Below the pieces are notes generated by a model that worked only from the letters and a program-made list of their open reading frames with translations, was not told the origin of the DNA and did no database searches. Below are positions 1 through 10,664 of a stretch of DNA of 64,000 nucleotides, piece by piece. A program made the translations under genes and the position numbers. Positions within the stretch are counted from its first letter, which is position 1. Each line of letters opens with the position of its first letter. Location: the sequence record OU343167.1; one strand, written 5' to 3'.

Positions 1-196
1 CTCTATTTTTCCAGTTGTTTATTGCGTAAAACGTAAGTTGATGAATTCTAACATAACTAAAACCACGCAAGTATTTTTACGATCATTTAGTTTTAAATAA
101 GTTAAAATCTTCTAACAGCATACCATACAACACCTAAAAAGAAGAACTACTCAGATGGAAAAGGATATGCTATTTATTTCAATCTGGAGAATACAA

Positions 197-550
197 ATGC
201 CTTATTATCAAGCTATTCTACCACTCGTAGAAGCTCACCAATGGTTTAAAAATGGCGACCATCCCATGGACCGCACCGTTAATGGAATTAACGAAGGGGC
301 TATCGTTGGACGGCATATTAGCCATGGTAGTGTACAAGGTGGAATGATCTGTCCTGACTGTAACTGTAAGATGGCCCTTCATGGGATCCTTAAAGTTCGA
401 ACTGATGATAGTCCCGCTGTTGTTTGTCCAGGTGACTATATTGAGTTTATTCGGGATGACAAGAAACGTATTCTGAGTTACAGGCTTCATCATAAAAAAG
501 AATTTGAAGCGATCTTTGAAAAAGTTGTTACCAATGGAGTTAAGAAATGA
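197..550 (+). CDS. Hypothetical phage protein with putative Zn-binding CxxC..H (117 aa)
   Basis: ORF 155..550. The ATG at 197 is preferred because GGAGA lies at 186-190. Motifs EAHQWFKNGDHP, CPDC..LHG and VCPGDYI. The stop overlaps the next ATG (ATGA). Confidence 0.7.
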   Translation: MPYYQAILPLVEAHQWFKNGDHPMDRTVNGINEGAIVGRHISHGSVQGGMICPDCNCKMALHGILKVRTDDSPAVVCPGDYIEFIRDDKKRILSYRLHHKKEFEAIFEKVVTNGVKK

Positions 551-1128
551 CCGCTGTTAATTACCCGTTTGTAGATACCATGGATAAATTTGATAAGATC
601 ACAAAAGGTCTTATTTTTGAACATCAAGCCGAGGGTGAGAGCGAAACGATGATTTCGCATGAACTCTCTATTCTTGATAATGACGGTGTTGTTCATTCAC
701 TTCATTTCAGTCAAATCACTAGCCTCATTGATACCATCACTGGTAAGCATCCTTCACTCGAACTCCCGCCACAACTATTCCTTATCACGCAATATCTGCT
801 AGAGGATCTTAAGGAAGTTGGAGAGAAAGGATTTGTAATTACCGAATATTTTATCGATGTCCTTCCCACTGGTAATAAAGCTATTTTCCGTGGTACGCTG
901 GCACATAAATCGACAGTTGATGGACATCCTGACTTTGATCCGTCTTCCACGATTAGTAAAAAAGAGTTTGAGTTCTCTCTTAATCAATTCAGTATTCTAC
1001 AACAGATTGCTTTGAGTCATTGCATCGCTAATCTACACGAGGAGTGTGCTGGGTTCCGTGGCACTTTCGATGTGGAATATACTTTCCATTGGACGCCCTT
1101 TGCCTTTAACGTTAAATTCTCCGAGTAA
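547..1128 (+). CDS. chmB: Chimallin-interacting phage nucleus protein ChmB (gp2-like)
   Basis: 193 aa starting MTAVNYPFVDTMDKF, recalled as PA1C gp2/ChmB. It is the second ORF, as chmB is in related phages. Not verified by search. Confidence 0.7.
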   Translation: MTAVNYPFVDTMDKFDKITKGLIFEHQAEGESETMISHELSILDNDGVVHSLHFSQITSLIDTITGKHPSLELPPQLFLITQYLLEDLKEVGEKGFVITEYFIDVLPTGNKAIFRGTLAHKSTVDGHPDFDPSSTISKKEFEFSLNQFSILQQIALSHCIANLHEECAGFRGTFDVEYTFHWTPFAFNVKFSE

Positions 1129-1139
1129 GTGAGTTAATC

Positions 1140-1664
1140 ATGCCCACCCTAGCAATGATCTTTGCTGTATCCACGAATGGCATTATTGGAATCAATGGGA
1201 GTATTCCATGGCATATTCCTGAAGACTTTAAATGGTTTAAAGAAAAGACTTTAGGGCATGCTGTTGTAATGGGGCGGAAGACTTGGGAATCGTTAGGAAA
1301 TAAACCTCTTCCAGGTCGGACTAACTATGTCCTTTCTTCAGATAGTGATAACTTGAAGGGAGAGGGATATATCCATGTTAAGTCTTTAGACGAAGTACTA
1401 GAATTATCCCAAAATGAAAAGAAGGTTTTTATCATTGGTGGTGAAAGACTATTTAAAGATGGTATCATTCGTTGTAGTGAGTTCTATCGCACGATTGTTG
1501 ATATGGACATTGATTGTTCTTCCGATGACGTAACTGACGTTGCTAAGTTCGAGGAATATATTGATCCGATCAAATGGCGATTCATTTCCTGTCAGAAAGG
1601 TGTAACTAACGCTCCCCGTAATCCAGGTCTTGGATATAGTTTGCAATACTGGGCAAGACGTTAA
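1140..1664 (+). CDS. folA: Dihydrofolate reductase
   Basis: Canonical DHFR motifs: IFAVSTNGIIGINGSIPWHIPEDFKWFK, VVMGRKTWESL, PLPGRTNYVLS, FIIGG. Confidence 0.97.
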   Translation: MPTLAMIFAVSTNGIIGINGSIPWHIPEDFKWFKEKTLGHAVVMGRKTWESLGNKPLPGRTNYVLSSDSDNLKGEGYIHVKSLDEVLELSQNEKKVFIIGGERLFKDGIIRCSEFYRTIVDMDIDCSSDDVTDVAKFEEYIDPIKWRFISCQKGVTNAPRNPGLGYSLQYWARR

Positions 1665-1695
1665 CCCAATCCTCTGTGGTTAACGGAGATTGTAA

Positions 1696-2190
1696 ATGAG
1701 TAGCTATACTAAGTTTAATGCCAAGATGTCTATCCAGTATGACGATGATGCATCTGTTATTCTGGGTGATGACTACTGGCGGATTATGGAGACCTTTCAA
1801 TACGACATTGGAAGTGAAGGCTCTGGTAAATACGCAGTTGTTAATAAATGTTTCCTAACAGATGGTGCATCTATTCCACGGCCAGTACGTTGGTTGATCC
1901 CTCGATTAGGTAAGCATGGTCAGGCAGCAGCGTTGCATGATAAGCTTTGTGAGACATACACTATCTTCCAGATGGTAGATGGGAAAGAGACAGAAGTTAA
2001 GGTAACTCGAAAAGAGATAGACCATATTTTCTATGAGGCGCTAAAAGTATCTAAGGTTAATCCAATTATCAGCGGTTTGATTCGTGCAGGTGTGGATAGT
2101 TACCGAATTGTTACACGTCCCTCTAAACCGAATGTTAAGAAAGAGAAACGTCGACTTGAACAACAATGTTCTTTAGGTCAAAGAGCTTAA
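1696..2190 (+). CDS. DUF1353 family protein
   Basis: Signature F.TDGASIPR...W.....GK...AA.LHD.L. Confidence 0.85.
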   Translation: MSSYTKFNAKMSIQYDDDASVILGDDYWRIMETFQYDIGSEGSGKYAVVNKCFLTDGASIPRPVRWLIPRLGKHGQAAALHDKLCETYTIFQMVDGKETEVKVTRKEIDHIFYEALKVSKVNPIISGLIRAGVDSYRIVTRPSKPNVKKEKRRLEQQCSLGQRA

Positions 2191-2229
2191 CGGCATAAAG
2201 CCTTCCCCAACGGGAAGGCTTTTATGTTG
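2191..2229. terminator. Bidirectional terminator hairpin between convergent genes
   Basis: CGGCATAAAGCCTTCCC-caac-GGGAAGGCTTTTATGTTG, with the stem extending into the flanks. Confidence 0.85.
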
Positions 2230-2233
2230 TCAC

Positions 2234-4420
2234 TTACCGTCCATAGAATCCAAGTGAATTGAAACTACGTTCTTGTTGGAAACGAGAAGTACGGACACGT
2301 CTAACACGATCATCACGTACTTGTTTCAACATGGCATCGATACCAACACCGGTTGTTTCTTCCATGTTAATACTCTTCGAAAGATTACGAAGACGCATCT
2401 CAAGCTTGGTAATTACGAATGGATTTGTCTCACCTTTTAGCTGAGCAATCAAGTCCTCGAACTCACCTTTGTTTTGCTTCTCTTTATCTTCACGATATTT
2501 TTCCAGAGCAGTTAACTCTACGTCACGAGTAACAGCACGGGAGAAAATTGTTGCTGGATTAATACCGTAATAAGAAAGGTTCTGTCCACGAATACATACC
2601 CAGTGCGCCAACAGCATGGAAATTACCATGTCGTCGTGATTATCACGAGTGTGGTCAATTCGCCCATTCTTAATTGTCAAAGCAAGTAGTTCTGTAATCA
2701 GCGTCTTATCCGCCATTCTCCGGCTACCGTAATCCATTGAACTCGGTAATGCTTCAAGGAACAGGCTGTTACGAGAATACCGACCGGAACCTGAGGTGTT
2801 GAAACCAAAGTAACGTTTGAATCGATCATAGAACGAAGCAGGTCGTTGAGACAACGGAGTCTGAATATCACGGAACTCAGATTCTAGTACCGTGTGTTCA
2901 TCTACGATTCTATTAAAGATTCGGCGGAACGGATCTATCCCAGCTTTATGCAGTTGCATTACAACGAAGTCAATGAGAGCAGTGCCCATCGATTTACGTT
3001 CAGGTACCCATGTAATCGTCGGATAACGAATTAATAGATTACCGACGAATGCAGCAATAACAGGAACAGAGGTTTCATTATAACAACCAGCTGCTACTAC
3101 TTCGTGTGTCTCCACATCGAATATAACCATACCAGTGGCGTCATTACCTGATCCTAGAAGTTCACTTGGGTCCATGCCCATCATAAAGCGACCTTCAGCC
3201 ATTCTCTGGTCAACTTCATGTTTAGGGATATACCAGCGAATGGTGTAACCGTCTGGGGTGATCTCGGTCCAAATTGGTTCACGTTCAGATGATTTTAGTT
3301 GCTTCTTATGTTCGGGTGATAATGGAGAACCTTCACCACCAACAGTCCAGATATTGAAGAAGTCTCGGTCAGCGATCTCGCCAAAAGAACTAGACTCTTT
3401 AAGTTCCTGGAACAACCATTCATCTGTACGACCTAACTGCCTATGGTTAAAAGCTCCGTAGATGATAGGTTTCTGATCAGCCTTGGATCCTTTCTCCATT
3501 ACCAACACTGCCATACGTTGGTTCACTAGATCGAACATTGTTTCAGACCAGGTATGTCCACCTGTCATGAACTTGTAAGCAAATGCTCCATCGCGAGTGG
3601 TAATGTTGCCAGCAGTTGTTGTAAAGATGTTTCCGTATGGTTGACCTTGACGCTTGGCTTCGGCACGGGCGGCTGAACCAGAGGCAAGGGCTACAGGAAG
3701 AGAGATCTCAATCAAGTTAATATACGCAAATTCGTCGAACTGCATGATAGGTACTGTAAGACCACGACCAAGTTTGTCGGCAGCAATCTTATCGTTACGA
3801 CCAACTGCGGTCTTATAACGGTTACCTAAACGAATACACGTCATCAGCTCGTTATTGTCCACGTCATTTGGATTAGCCCAGTGAATGTAATCAGGTAATA
3901 GATCTCGCATTACCTTTAGACGTTCAATGTTCGCTGTTCGAAGTTTATTATCTTTAGTGATCAGGTTGATCGTGGTGTTCTCACCCCAGATATACATCAT
4001 ACCCGTCATCAAGATGTCAGTTGAAACCGATTTACCAGTCTGTCGTGGTTGTAACAGACCAAAGTCTAAGTGGTTAAAGAAGCACCAGAAAAGTGCAATG
4101 TTACCACGGTTAGCGCGGAAAGGGTTTGGGACGTTACCAGATGTCGCTGGGACACGGGCAACTTCACGGAAGTAATACCATGGATTGTATTTACACTCCA
4201 AGGCAATCTTCATTTTTGTAGCATCGTCTAGATCTGGATCATAGGGATCTACTCCCTGAAGATCAGGCTGGAGTAATGCTAAAATGAATTTCCAGTTTGC
4301 TATTTTAAGCTCATCTCTATAAAGAGCTGCTAATTTTAAGAATGTTTTATTTGACGTTTTTGTATCCACTATTGCTGTTGGGAACTTCTCCCAATCATCG
4401 CGGAATAAAATAAGTTCCAT
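2234..4420 (-). CDS. terL: Terminase large subunit (phiKZ gp25-like)
   Basis: 728 aa. Walker A PRQTGKS, Walker B IMQFDEFA, nuclease motifs GMDPS and HDDMV. Confidence 0.93.
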   Translation of the reverse strand: MELILFRDDWEKFPTAIVDTKTSNKTFLKLAALYRDELKIANWKFILALLQPDLQGVDPYDPDLDDATKMKIALECKYNPWYYFREVARVPATSGNVPNPFRANRGNIALFWCFFNHLDFGLLQPRQTGKSVSTDILMTGMMYIWGENTTINLITKDNKLRTANIERLKVMRDLLPDYIHWANPNDVDNNELMTCIRLGNRYKTAVGRNDKIAADKLGRGLTVPIMQFDEFAYINLIEISLPVALASGSAARAEAKRQGQPYGNIFTTTAGNITTRDGAFAYKFMTGGHTWSETMFDLVNQRMAVLVMEKGSKADQKPIIYGAFNHRQLGRTDEWLFQELKESSSFGEIADRDFFNIWTVGGEGSPLSPEHKKQLKSSEREPIWTEITPDGYTIRWYIPKHEVDQRMAEGRFMMGMDPSELLGSGNDATGMVIFDVETHEVVAAGCYNETSVPVIAAFVGNLLIRYPTITWVPERKSMGTALIDFVVMQLHKAGIDPFRRIFNRIVDEHTVLESEFRDIQTPLSQRPASFYDRFKRYFGFNTSGSGRYSRNSLFLEALPSSMDYGSRRMADKTLITELLALTIKNGRIDHTRDNHDDMVISMLLAHWVCIRGQNLSYYGINPATIFSRAVTRDVELTALEKYREDKEKQNKGEFEDLIAQLKGETNPFVITKLEMRLRNLSKSINMEETTGVGIDAMLKQVRDDRVRRVRTSRFQQERSFNSLGFYGR

Positions 4421-4469
4421 GACCGTTTCCTTAAAGAAACAAAAGGTTCATACCTTTAGGGTTAATTTA

Positions 4470-4506
4470 CGACATAAAGCTTCCCCCGAAGGGAAAGCTT
4501 CTGTAT
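4470..4506 (-). terminator. Intrinsic terminator
   Basis: CGACATAAAGCTTCCCC-cgaa-GGGAAAGCTT directly 3' of the minus-strand gene 4507..5157. Confidence 0.75.
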
Positions 4507-5157
4507 CTAGATTAACTCTAGTACTGGGCGCCAACCATAACCTACGTTAGGTTGAGATGGTGCGTTCTGCCCCCACCCTGTTACGCCATTAGGTCCACCA
4601 CGTAAGACTTTGAACCTAGGAGACCCAGTGTTACCATTAGTGGGTGTCCATGTCCAAATACCGAGGTTACTTGGATGTACAAATCCAAGATCCTCATTAC
4701 TTAAATTTTCCCAGAATGTTCCAGTTGGATCATTCGCGGATACACGGTACATCAGCTGACCCCACTCCGAGTTGGCTGGGGAACCACTTGCACCGCCTGA
4801 CAGATAAGATATCTTACAATCAATATCTTTTACTTTAGTTGAATTAGTATTGAAGTTATTAATGGCCAAAACTAATTGATCAAAGGACATTGAATGACGG
4901 ATAGTCTTTGTAGAGACTAAGAGTCGTCTGTCATTTAAAGAGAACATTAACCAATCTACATCTGTTTGATCTGGCATTCGCGTTCCATACGGATTACCAG
5001 AAAAACCGTGTACATCGTTCATTTGTTCAGCGCCAATGAAATCGGCAGCTGTAACTGTACCAAAATAACCTAGTGTCGAATCACCGGCTATCAGTTCAGT
5101 AGGTAAAACACTTGGTTTAGCTCTTTTAGAGTTGACCGATAGTAAAATTTCAATCAT
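4507..5157 (-). CDS. Putative virion structural protein (phiKZ-type paralog family)
   Basis: 216 aa. The LIAGDSTLGYFG.V and GWRPVLELI motifs are typical of phiKZ-like virion paralogs. Lies in the late block. Confidence 0.6.
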   Translation of the reverse strand: MIEILLSVNSKRAKPSVLPTELIAGDSTLGYFGTVTAADFIGAEQMNDVHGFSGNPYGTRMPDQTDVDWLMFSLNDRRLLVSTKTIRHSMSFDQLVLAINNFNTNSTKVKDIDCKISYLSGGASGSPANSEWGQLMYRVSANDPTGTFWENLSNEDLGFVHPSNLGIWTWTPTNGNTGSPRFKVLRGGPNGVTGWGQNAPSQPNVGYGWRPVLELI

Positions 5158-5187
5158 GGTCCAGCTCCTATTTGTTACATACTAAAA

Positions 5188-5224
5188 CGACATAAAGCCG
5201 TCTCTAATGAGACGGCACTATGCC
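5188..5224 (-). terminator. Intrinsic terminator
   Basis: CGACATAAAGCCGTCTC-taat-GAGACGGCACTATGCC. Confidence 0.8.
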
Positions 5225-6889
5225 TTAAGCGCGTTTCAGTACTGGAATACCGGTCATCGCCAATTGAAGATCAGTGTCGTATTCACGACGAATCCATTGG
5301 ATGTAGAGAAGCTCTCCATCGGCAAGATCGTTATTAACACGCAACTTATCTTTCCATTGTTCAACACTGAACTCGTATTTGTTATGCAAGAAATGCAATA
5401 CAAAGTGAGTCGGTGTAGGCGCCACAATCTCAGAGTCCGGATTTACAAGAGGCTCGGCTGCTTCATACATCTTCCGCAACCATGCTTCTTTGGTATTAGC
5501 TCCGTTCTGGAGACGTAGATCCCAAGCGTTGGTTTGGATGTATTCCAGATCGGCTTTCAGACCACGTCCATAAGCTGCGTCTACATCAGGACGAGTGTAG
5601 ATTTCCCAGTTAGCATCGCGGTTTTCACCAGATGTCAGGAGTGCAACTTGGAATGTAGTAACGAATCGATGTGGTGCGAAACGACCATCGACCTTGTTCA
5701 GGTTAACAGCGTAGGTAAGCGTTTGTAGATTACCATAACCCTTCGGATTGAATGGTGCTGAGTTAACACCAAGTTCAACCAAAGAAGTAACGTTGTAGAA
5801 ACGTTGGCGATCCAAGTTGTAAAGCCAGAATTCCAGACGGTAGCCAGCAGTAACGTTTTGCCATACTGGATAAACGAATAGACGACATTCGTAAGCTCCA
5901 TCGGCAGCAGTTGTACGGGCAATGTAGTTTTCTGTAATCCGACGATTTGCTGTTGGTGTCAACGCATAGGAAATTTCATCTTCTGCTAACTGGTAAGCAA
6001 GAGTAAGCGGGAACTCCTGTCCAATCTCAGTAGCGATATAGTTTTCCATGCCAAACAAGAACATTGTCGAGTTATCGATACCGCGACGTACTTTAGAACC
6101 ACCACGATAGTTAATCATACCAACCATCGGAAGAGATTCAACGTTTACGTTCAGCGGGAATTCAATAACCTTAGGATCAGCAGCAGACAGGAACGGACTC
6201 TCGATCTCGATACCGGCAATGTACTTCTTCGAATTATCAGACTGTCGAATTGCTTTCGTGTTTTGTACGAGCAACTGTGCTATCGACACAACCCCGCCAA
6301 GGTCATCGTAGGCCACCAAGGTGCAACGCTCACCGTCATCCATCTCCTCGGCTGTAAAACCAACCATAGGGGCCTTAATGACGTTCTGAGAGCCATTACC
6401 GACGGTTACTGTCTCAACTGGAATAAGTGGACCCGTGTAATCACCAGAGGGAGTGAAGAAAGCAGAGATGATCTTACCAAATTCTTCAGAGATATCACTA
6501 CCCTTAAAGACTTTGTAACTAGCAACCATCGAGCCATAAAAATGCAGACGTTTATCGGGTGCGAGAGTATGGGGAATAACGCTGGTATCAAGGAACAGAC
6601 GGTAGCTTTCGGAGCTATAGCCTGGACCTACGCCCACCAGTACGTTTTCTTCGCCATCGGGGTCAACTTTGGTTGGAGGATACCATTCTTTAAGAGTAGC
6701 TACGTGAGTACCCTCTTCGACATCCTCAACTGTGAACCAGCCATTCTCGCGGTCCCAAACGAGGTCCCCAATATTGGGGACCCACTTATTTACTTGTCCA
6801 GCTTGCTGGACGATATCTTTGCGGTTCCAAACCCACCAACCCCTATTAGGGTCCATGTAGTCGGAATTCCCGTATGGTACAGGAAGCAT
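5225..6889 (-). CDS. Virion structural protein (phiKZ gp26-like)
   Basis: 554-aa ORF, syntenic between terminase and tail sheath. Confidence 0.7.
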   Translation of the reverse strand: MLPVPYGNSDYMDPNRGWWVWNRKDIVQQAGQVNKWVPNIGDLVWDRENGWFTVEDVEEGTHVATLKEWYPPTKVDPDGEENVLVGVGPGYSSESYRLFLDTSVIPHTLAPDKRLHFYGSMVASYKVFKGSDISEEFGKIISAFFTPSGDYTGPLIPVETVTVGNGSQNVIKAPMVGFTAEEMDDGERCTLVAYDDLGGVVSIAQLLVQNTKAIRQSDNSKKYIAGIEIESPFLSAADPKVIEFPLNVNVESLPMVGMINYRGGSKVRRGIDNSTMFLFGMENYIATEIGQEFPLTLAYQLAEDEISYALTPTANRRITENYIARTTAADGAYECRLFVYPVWQNVTAGYRLEFWLYNLDRQRFYNVTSLVELGVNSAPFNPKGYGNLQTLTYAVNLNKVDGRFAPHRFVTTFQVALLTSGENRDANWEIYTRPDVDAAYGRGLKADLEYIQTNAWDLRLQNGANTKEAWLRKMYEAAEPLVNPDSEIVAPTPTHFVLHFLHNKYEFSVEQWKDKLRVNNDLADGELLYIQWIRREYDTDLQLAMTGIPVLKRA

Positions 6890-6890
6890 G

Positions 6891-9587
6891 TTAAGTCCTC
6901 GTTAGGTATACGAATGGCGCGATGTCCATAGGGCGCTGTAAATACAACTTCAGTACACGAATGTAGAAGTCATACTGATCAGTATCTAACCCAATAGGAT
7001 CACTATGCCAATGTGGATAAACTACCACATGGTTGGTGTTGTAATCTGTGTTTAGGATATCAAACGGAACCAACCACTCGTAGGATGCCATAACCCGAGC
7101 AATATCCATCTCGTTGTAACGACCATTAACCAGCGGTGGCTTCAGCGTACCCTTAACAATGTCATGGAGAACTTTGTTAGAGAATGCCGAATATACCACA
7201 TAACGACGTGTAACCGAGTCAACTTGATCGCGTGTTCTCTTAGGGAAATACGCTGTCATGTAATCGGAAACTTGTTTATCACGTTCGTCATCTGCGATAC
7301 GTGCTTGCTGATCAGTATCGTAAACATCACGGAAAGTGGATTGCGGTGTTTGGATTTGGAAGGGTGCTCCATTTCGTTCATCGGTAATCAGAAGAGAATT
7401 ATTATCCTCCTCAAACACCAAATCTTCACGGGCGCGGTAATGTCCATCTACAATGATCCTTTGCATTTTGTGCGTATGGATATCGTAAATACCATTATTG
7501 GAAAGAACATTATACTCTACCCAACCAACTTCACCAGGTTTATAACGCTGAAGATCAGGAGTACAGTAACCGGTACCTCGTACAAGAACGGTATTAATAC
7601 CATCAACCAAATACTCATGGTTATTCAGTACAGTCATAATACCTTTATCAAAGTAATCGAGACCATTTATGATCGGTCGATTATTTAAGAAGATATCTAG
7701 TTGTCCGAATGGGATCTCCATGAGCTTGTTGATTAGTTCACCGTTATGCTCTTCCCAGTTATCGATTCCAAATCGAATAATACCCTGGTCTTTAGTAAAC
7801 CGCATTTCCTTCAGGTAGAAGTAGTTATCCATACGGACATAACCGTACCATTCATTTGGTAAAGCGGTCCATGTCCATTTAGGATGTTCAATATCAGTTG
7901 TATCATGGAAACCCCAATCATTTCGATTAGGTAGGTCAGTGATATCAATCCATTCGTTGGTTGGTACACCAGCCCAGACTTTACAGACGTAAAGACGGAA
8001 GTTATAACCTTCCGAAAGATCGACTGTTCCATTACCAAATACACCATGAAGATTGGTGTCACCTTTACCAGTAATACATTCTACCATCTTACATTCGGTT
8101 TGATTTACCACGCGGTATCGGCGCCCTGCGACATGATGGTAATAACCCAACAAAATCCCTTTCGAATCATATTCGAAAACAGTAGCATTCTCCCAATAGT
8201 TGTATGGAAGACTTGCATATACTGTACCTTGGTCAACATGGACCTTGGTTGGATTATGTGCCTGAATATCTGCGGCTTTATGGTAACCGAATACATCACC
8301 GGCAAAATTCTGGGCATCGATCTTACCCTGAGATATCTCATCAGGATCTTGGAAAGCGATAGGGTAGATTACATCTGGATCAGCGGACATGAATTGAACG
8401 TAAGCCGATTGTTCAAGATTCTCTGCTCTCCATAATGGGCAAGTAGCATCTGCTCCAGTCATGGCCCTAAGGATATTATCCGAGGATAAACGATAGAGTT
8501 CTTGAATGCGGCCAACATCGGCTACCAGAGGTCGTTCGTATCCAGAATGACGAATGTAAAGGCGAAGGAACTTATCTTCAATACCTGTCCATTTGTCAGA
8601 AGGCCAACGCGATGGATCATTTGCATGGCGTGGGTCTTCAGGGTGACTTGTGATGAAAGACTGAATTCGATCAACAGGAGCCGAATAGTCTTTATGCGTC
8701 AACATTCGAAGCCAATTACCTTCATTGTGGTGATACATCACACCACTGAACCGACCAGGCAATGAACCCCTTTTGCAAAGATAAACATCTAGATCGTCGA
8801 AGTACTCAATCGTGTTGACATTCTTATCGTCGTAGTGAAGGATATATTTCCTTTCTTTATCGAGCGTAGAATTGAATGTTTTAAGATCACGTAGATCTAA
8901 ATCGACTACACGTTTAATACTTGGATCAAGGATGAATTCACAGTAATCACCCGGACCAGCTGTTACTAACGATATCTCTTGTACGAACCTACCGTTAACG
9001 AAGTACTGGGGGTAACCGCCTTTAGTTTCAATCAAGTCCATAATTTGAATTTGGAATTGACGAAGCTCTTCGTTAGAGTTAGGTGTCAAAGTCATCACAT
9101 CGATATAACGGGCTGCTGCTATATCGCTACGATCAGAGTTGAAATACGCGTTGTGATAAACATGGAGATATGGATTATTCTCGGCTTCGTCCAAATCAGG
9201 GAAGCGATCATTTCGTCGAATAGCTACAAGCAAGTTTTGCGTTTGGGTTACCAGGATATATGTTTCAGAACGTGGGAACTGAATTCCATTACTGACATAA
9301 ACTTCCGCGAGAGTATGTACCTCTTTACCCAGTTGCTCAAGGCTGATCCAGTTATTCAACAGCTTTGGAATACCAAGATGGCGAGGAATAACCTGACCGA
9401 TTTGGTAGATATGCCAGAAGTCACGAGTAGAGATTTGTGGAAGTTTATAACGTTCGTGCTCCACCACGTAACTACCCCGTACACCATAGCGGGGAGTTAA
9501 TTGACGGAGCTTATATACGAACTGTCGATCCTGAGTAGGGTTACACCAAACGTTCTCAATTGCGTAGCGCAATAGATAGTCGTTCAT
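6891..9587 (-). CDS. Large virion structural protein (phiKZ gp27-like)
   Basis: 898-aa ORF starting [17 protein letters not shown], at the conserved position. Confidence 0.7.
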   Translation of the reverse strand: MNDYLLRYAIENVWCNPTQDRQFVYKLRQLTPRYGVRGSYVVEHERYKLPQISTRDFWHIYQIGQVIPRHLGIPKLLNNWISLEQLGKEVHTLAEVYVSNGIQFPRSETYILVTQTQNLLVAIRRNDRFPDLDEAENNPYLHVYHNAYFNSDRSDIAAARYIDVMTLTPNSNEELRQFQIQIMDLIETKGGYPQYFVNGRFVQEISLVTAGPGDYCEFILDPSIKRVVDLDLRDLKTFNSTLDKERKYILHYDDKNVNTIEYFDDLDVYLCKRGSLPGRFSGVMYHHNEGNWLRMLTHKDYSAPVDRIQSFITSHPEDPRHANDPSRWPSDKWTGIEDKFLRLYIRHSGYERPLVADVGRIQELYRLSSDNILRAMTGADATCPLWRAENLEQSAYVQFMSADPDVIYPIAFQDPDEISQGKIDAQNFAGDVFGYHKAADIQAHNPTKVHVDQGTVYASLPYNYWENATVFEYDSKGILLGYYHHVAGRRYRVVNQTECKMVECITGKGDTNLHGVFGNGTVDLSEGYNFRLYVCKVWAGVPTNEWIDITDLPNRNDWGFHDTTDIEHPKWTWTALPNEWYGYVRMDNYFYLKEMRFTKDQGIIRFGIDNWEEHNGELINKLMEIPFGQLDIFLNNRPIINGLDYFDKGIMTVLNNHEYLVDGINTVLVRGTGYCTPDLQRYKPGEVGWVEYNVLSNNGIYDIHTHKMQRIIVDGHYRAREDLVFEEDNNSLLITDERNGAPFQIQTPQSTFRDVYDTDQQARIADDERDKQVSDYMTAYFPKRTRDQVDSVTRRYVVYSAFSNKVLHDIVKGTLKPPLVNGRYNEMDIARVMASYEWLVPFDILNTDYNTNHVVVYPHWHSDPIGLDTDQYDFYIRVLKLYLQRPMDIAPFVYLTRT

Positions 9588-9597
9588 TAATCACCCA

Positions 9598-10533
9598 TTA
9601 CTGATGCAGACGTGTGAATTGCTCGGAAACCGCTTTGAAAACGAGGTCAGTAAAGACTTTAAGCTCGTTTCCACGAGCTAACGATTCTACTCGTTGAGTA
9701 ATTACTGTTTTACGGTATGAGCGTTCTGCAATTGCCATGTAAAGCAATGCAATGAAAGTCGGTAAATGTTCGAGGGCTACACCCACGTTTTCACGGGAGT
9801 TTACACCGAACCAAGAAGTCGAGATCAATGCAAAAAGATCCCCAAACTTCAATTCACCGGTACGCTGTTGACGGGAGTTAACTGACATCTCATGAATGAG
9901 GTCAGAGGCATTCTCCAGCTTACCCATAGTTGCGGCAACATCGAGTACAAATTCTGGCGGCACCGAAGTGCAGCGAGAAATAATCGGTGCAAATTTTTCA
10001 CGCTCTTCACCCGGTTGACGAAGTTCAGGGGTGGACATGGCGTAATAGTAATAAGCCGTAATGACAAAGAGTGCCATCTGCGATTCGATCGGTAGATTGT
10101 AGCGTGTAACCAATACACCGCTAACCCAACGATGGAATACTTTTGCAGGTAGGTCCGATAAGCGATTAAAGAAAGCTTCGTCGCCAGAAAGCAGGCGATT
10201 GTTCAAAGCTAGACGAACGCATTGGAACTGCCAGTCGTTTTGAGCGATCAAAGAATACTTCTGAGATCGAGCGTCAAACTTCATGTATTGGCGGCTATCA
10301 ATAAGAAGCCGTGGTTTATTGGGTTCGCCCACATTGATAATCTGAGTGAAGTTCGGAATTGCTTCGTGTTCTTCACGAGGTGTTACGAACGCAGAGTTCA
10401 TTAACTGATTTCCACCGGGTGTTTCTACCAGGGGGAATGGCAAATCAATTTCTGCCCGACGGGCTGCTGCGATCACCTGTTGATATTTAGGATAGATCCC
10501 ACAGACTGTTGTTTGATACGGTAGCGAAAACAT
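9598..10533 (-). CDS. Virion structural protein (phiKZ gp28-like)
   Basis: 311 aa, GGAG Shine-Dalgarno upstream, divergent from the sheath gene. Confidence 0.65.
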   Translation of the reverse strand: MFSLPYQTTVCGIYPKYQQVIAAARRAEIDLPFPLVETPGGNQLMNSAFVTPREEHEAIPNFTQIINVGEPNKPRLLIDSRQYMKFDARSQKYSLIAQNDWQFQCVRLALNNRLLSGDEAFFNRLSDLPAKVFHRWVSGVLVTRYNLPIESQMALFVITAYYYYAMSTPELRQPGEEREKFAPIISRCTSVPPEFVLDVAATMGKLENASDLIHEMSVNSRQQRTGELKFGDLFALISTSWFGVNSRENVGVALEHLPTFIALLYMAIAERSYRKTVITQRVESLARGNELKVFTDLVFKAVSEQFTRLHQ

Positions 10534-10664
10534 TACCGTTTTACTCCTTTCATGGGTAGGGAAAAATAACTATCACAGCCAACTATGAACAATATTTATG
10601 ATTGACTGTTAGTTAACACTCATAACATCGAGTTTAAAGCTCCACATCTGGGAGAAACATAAAG

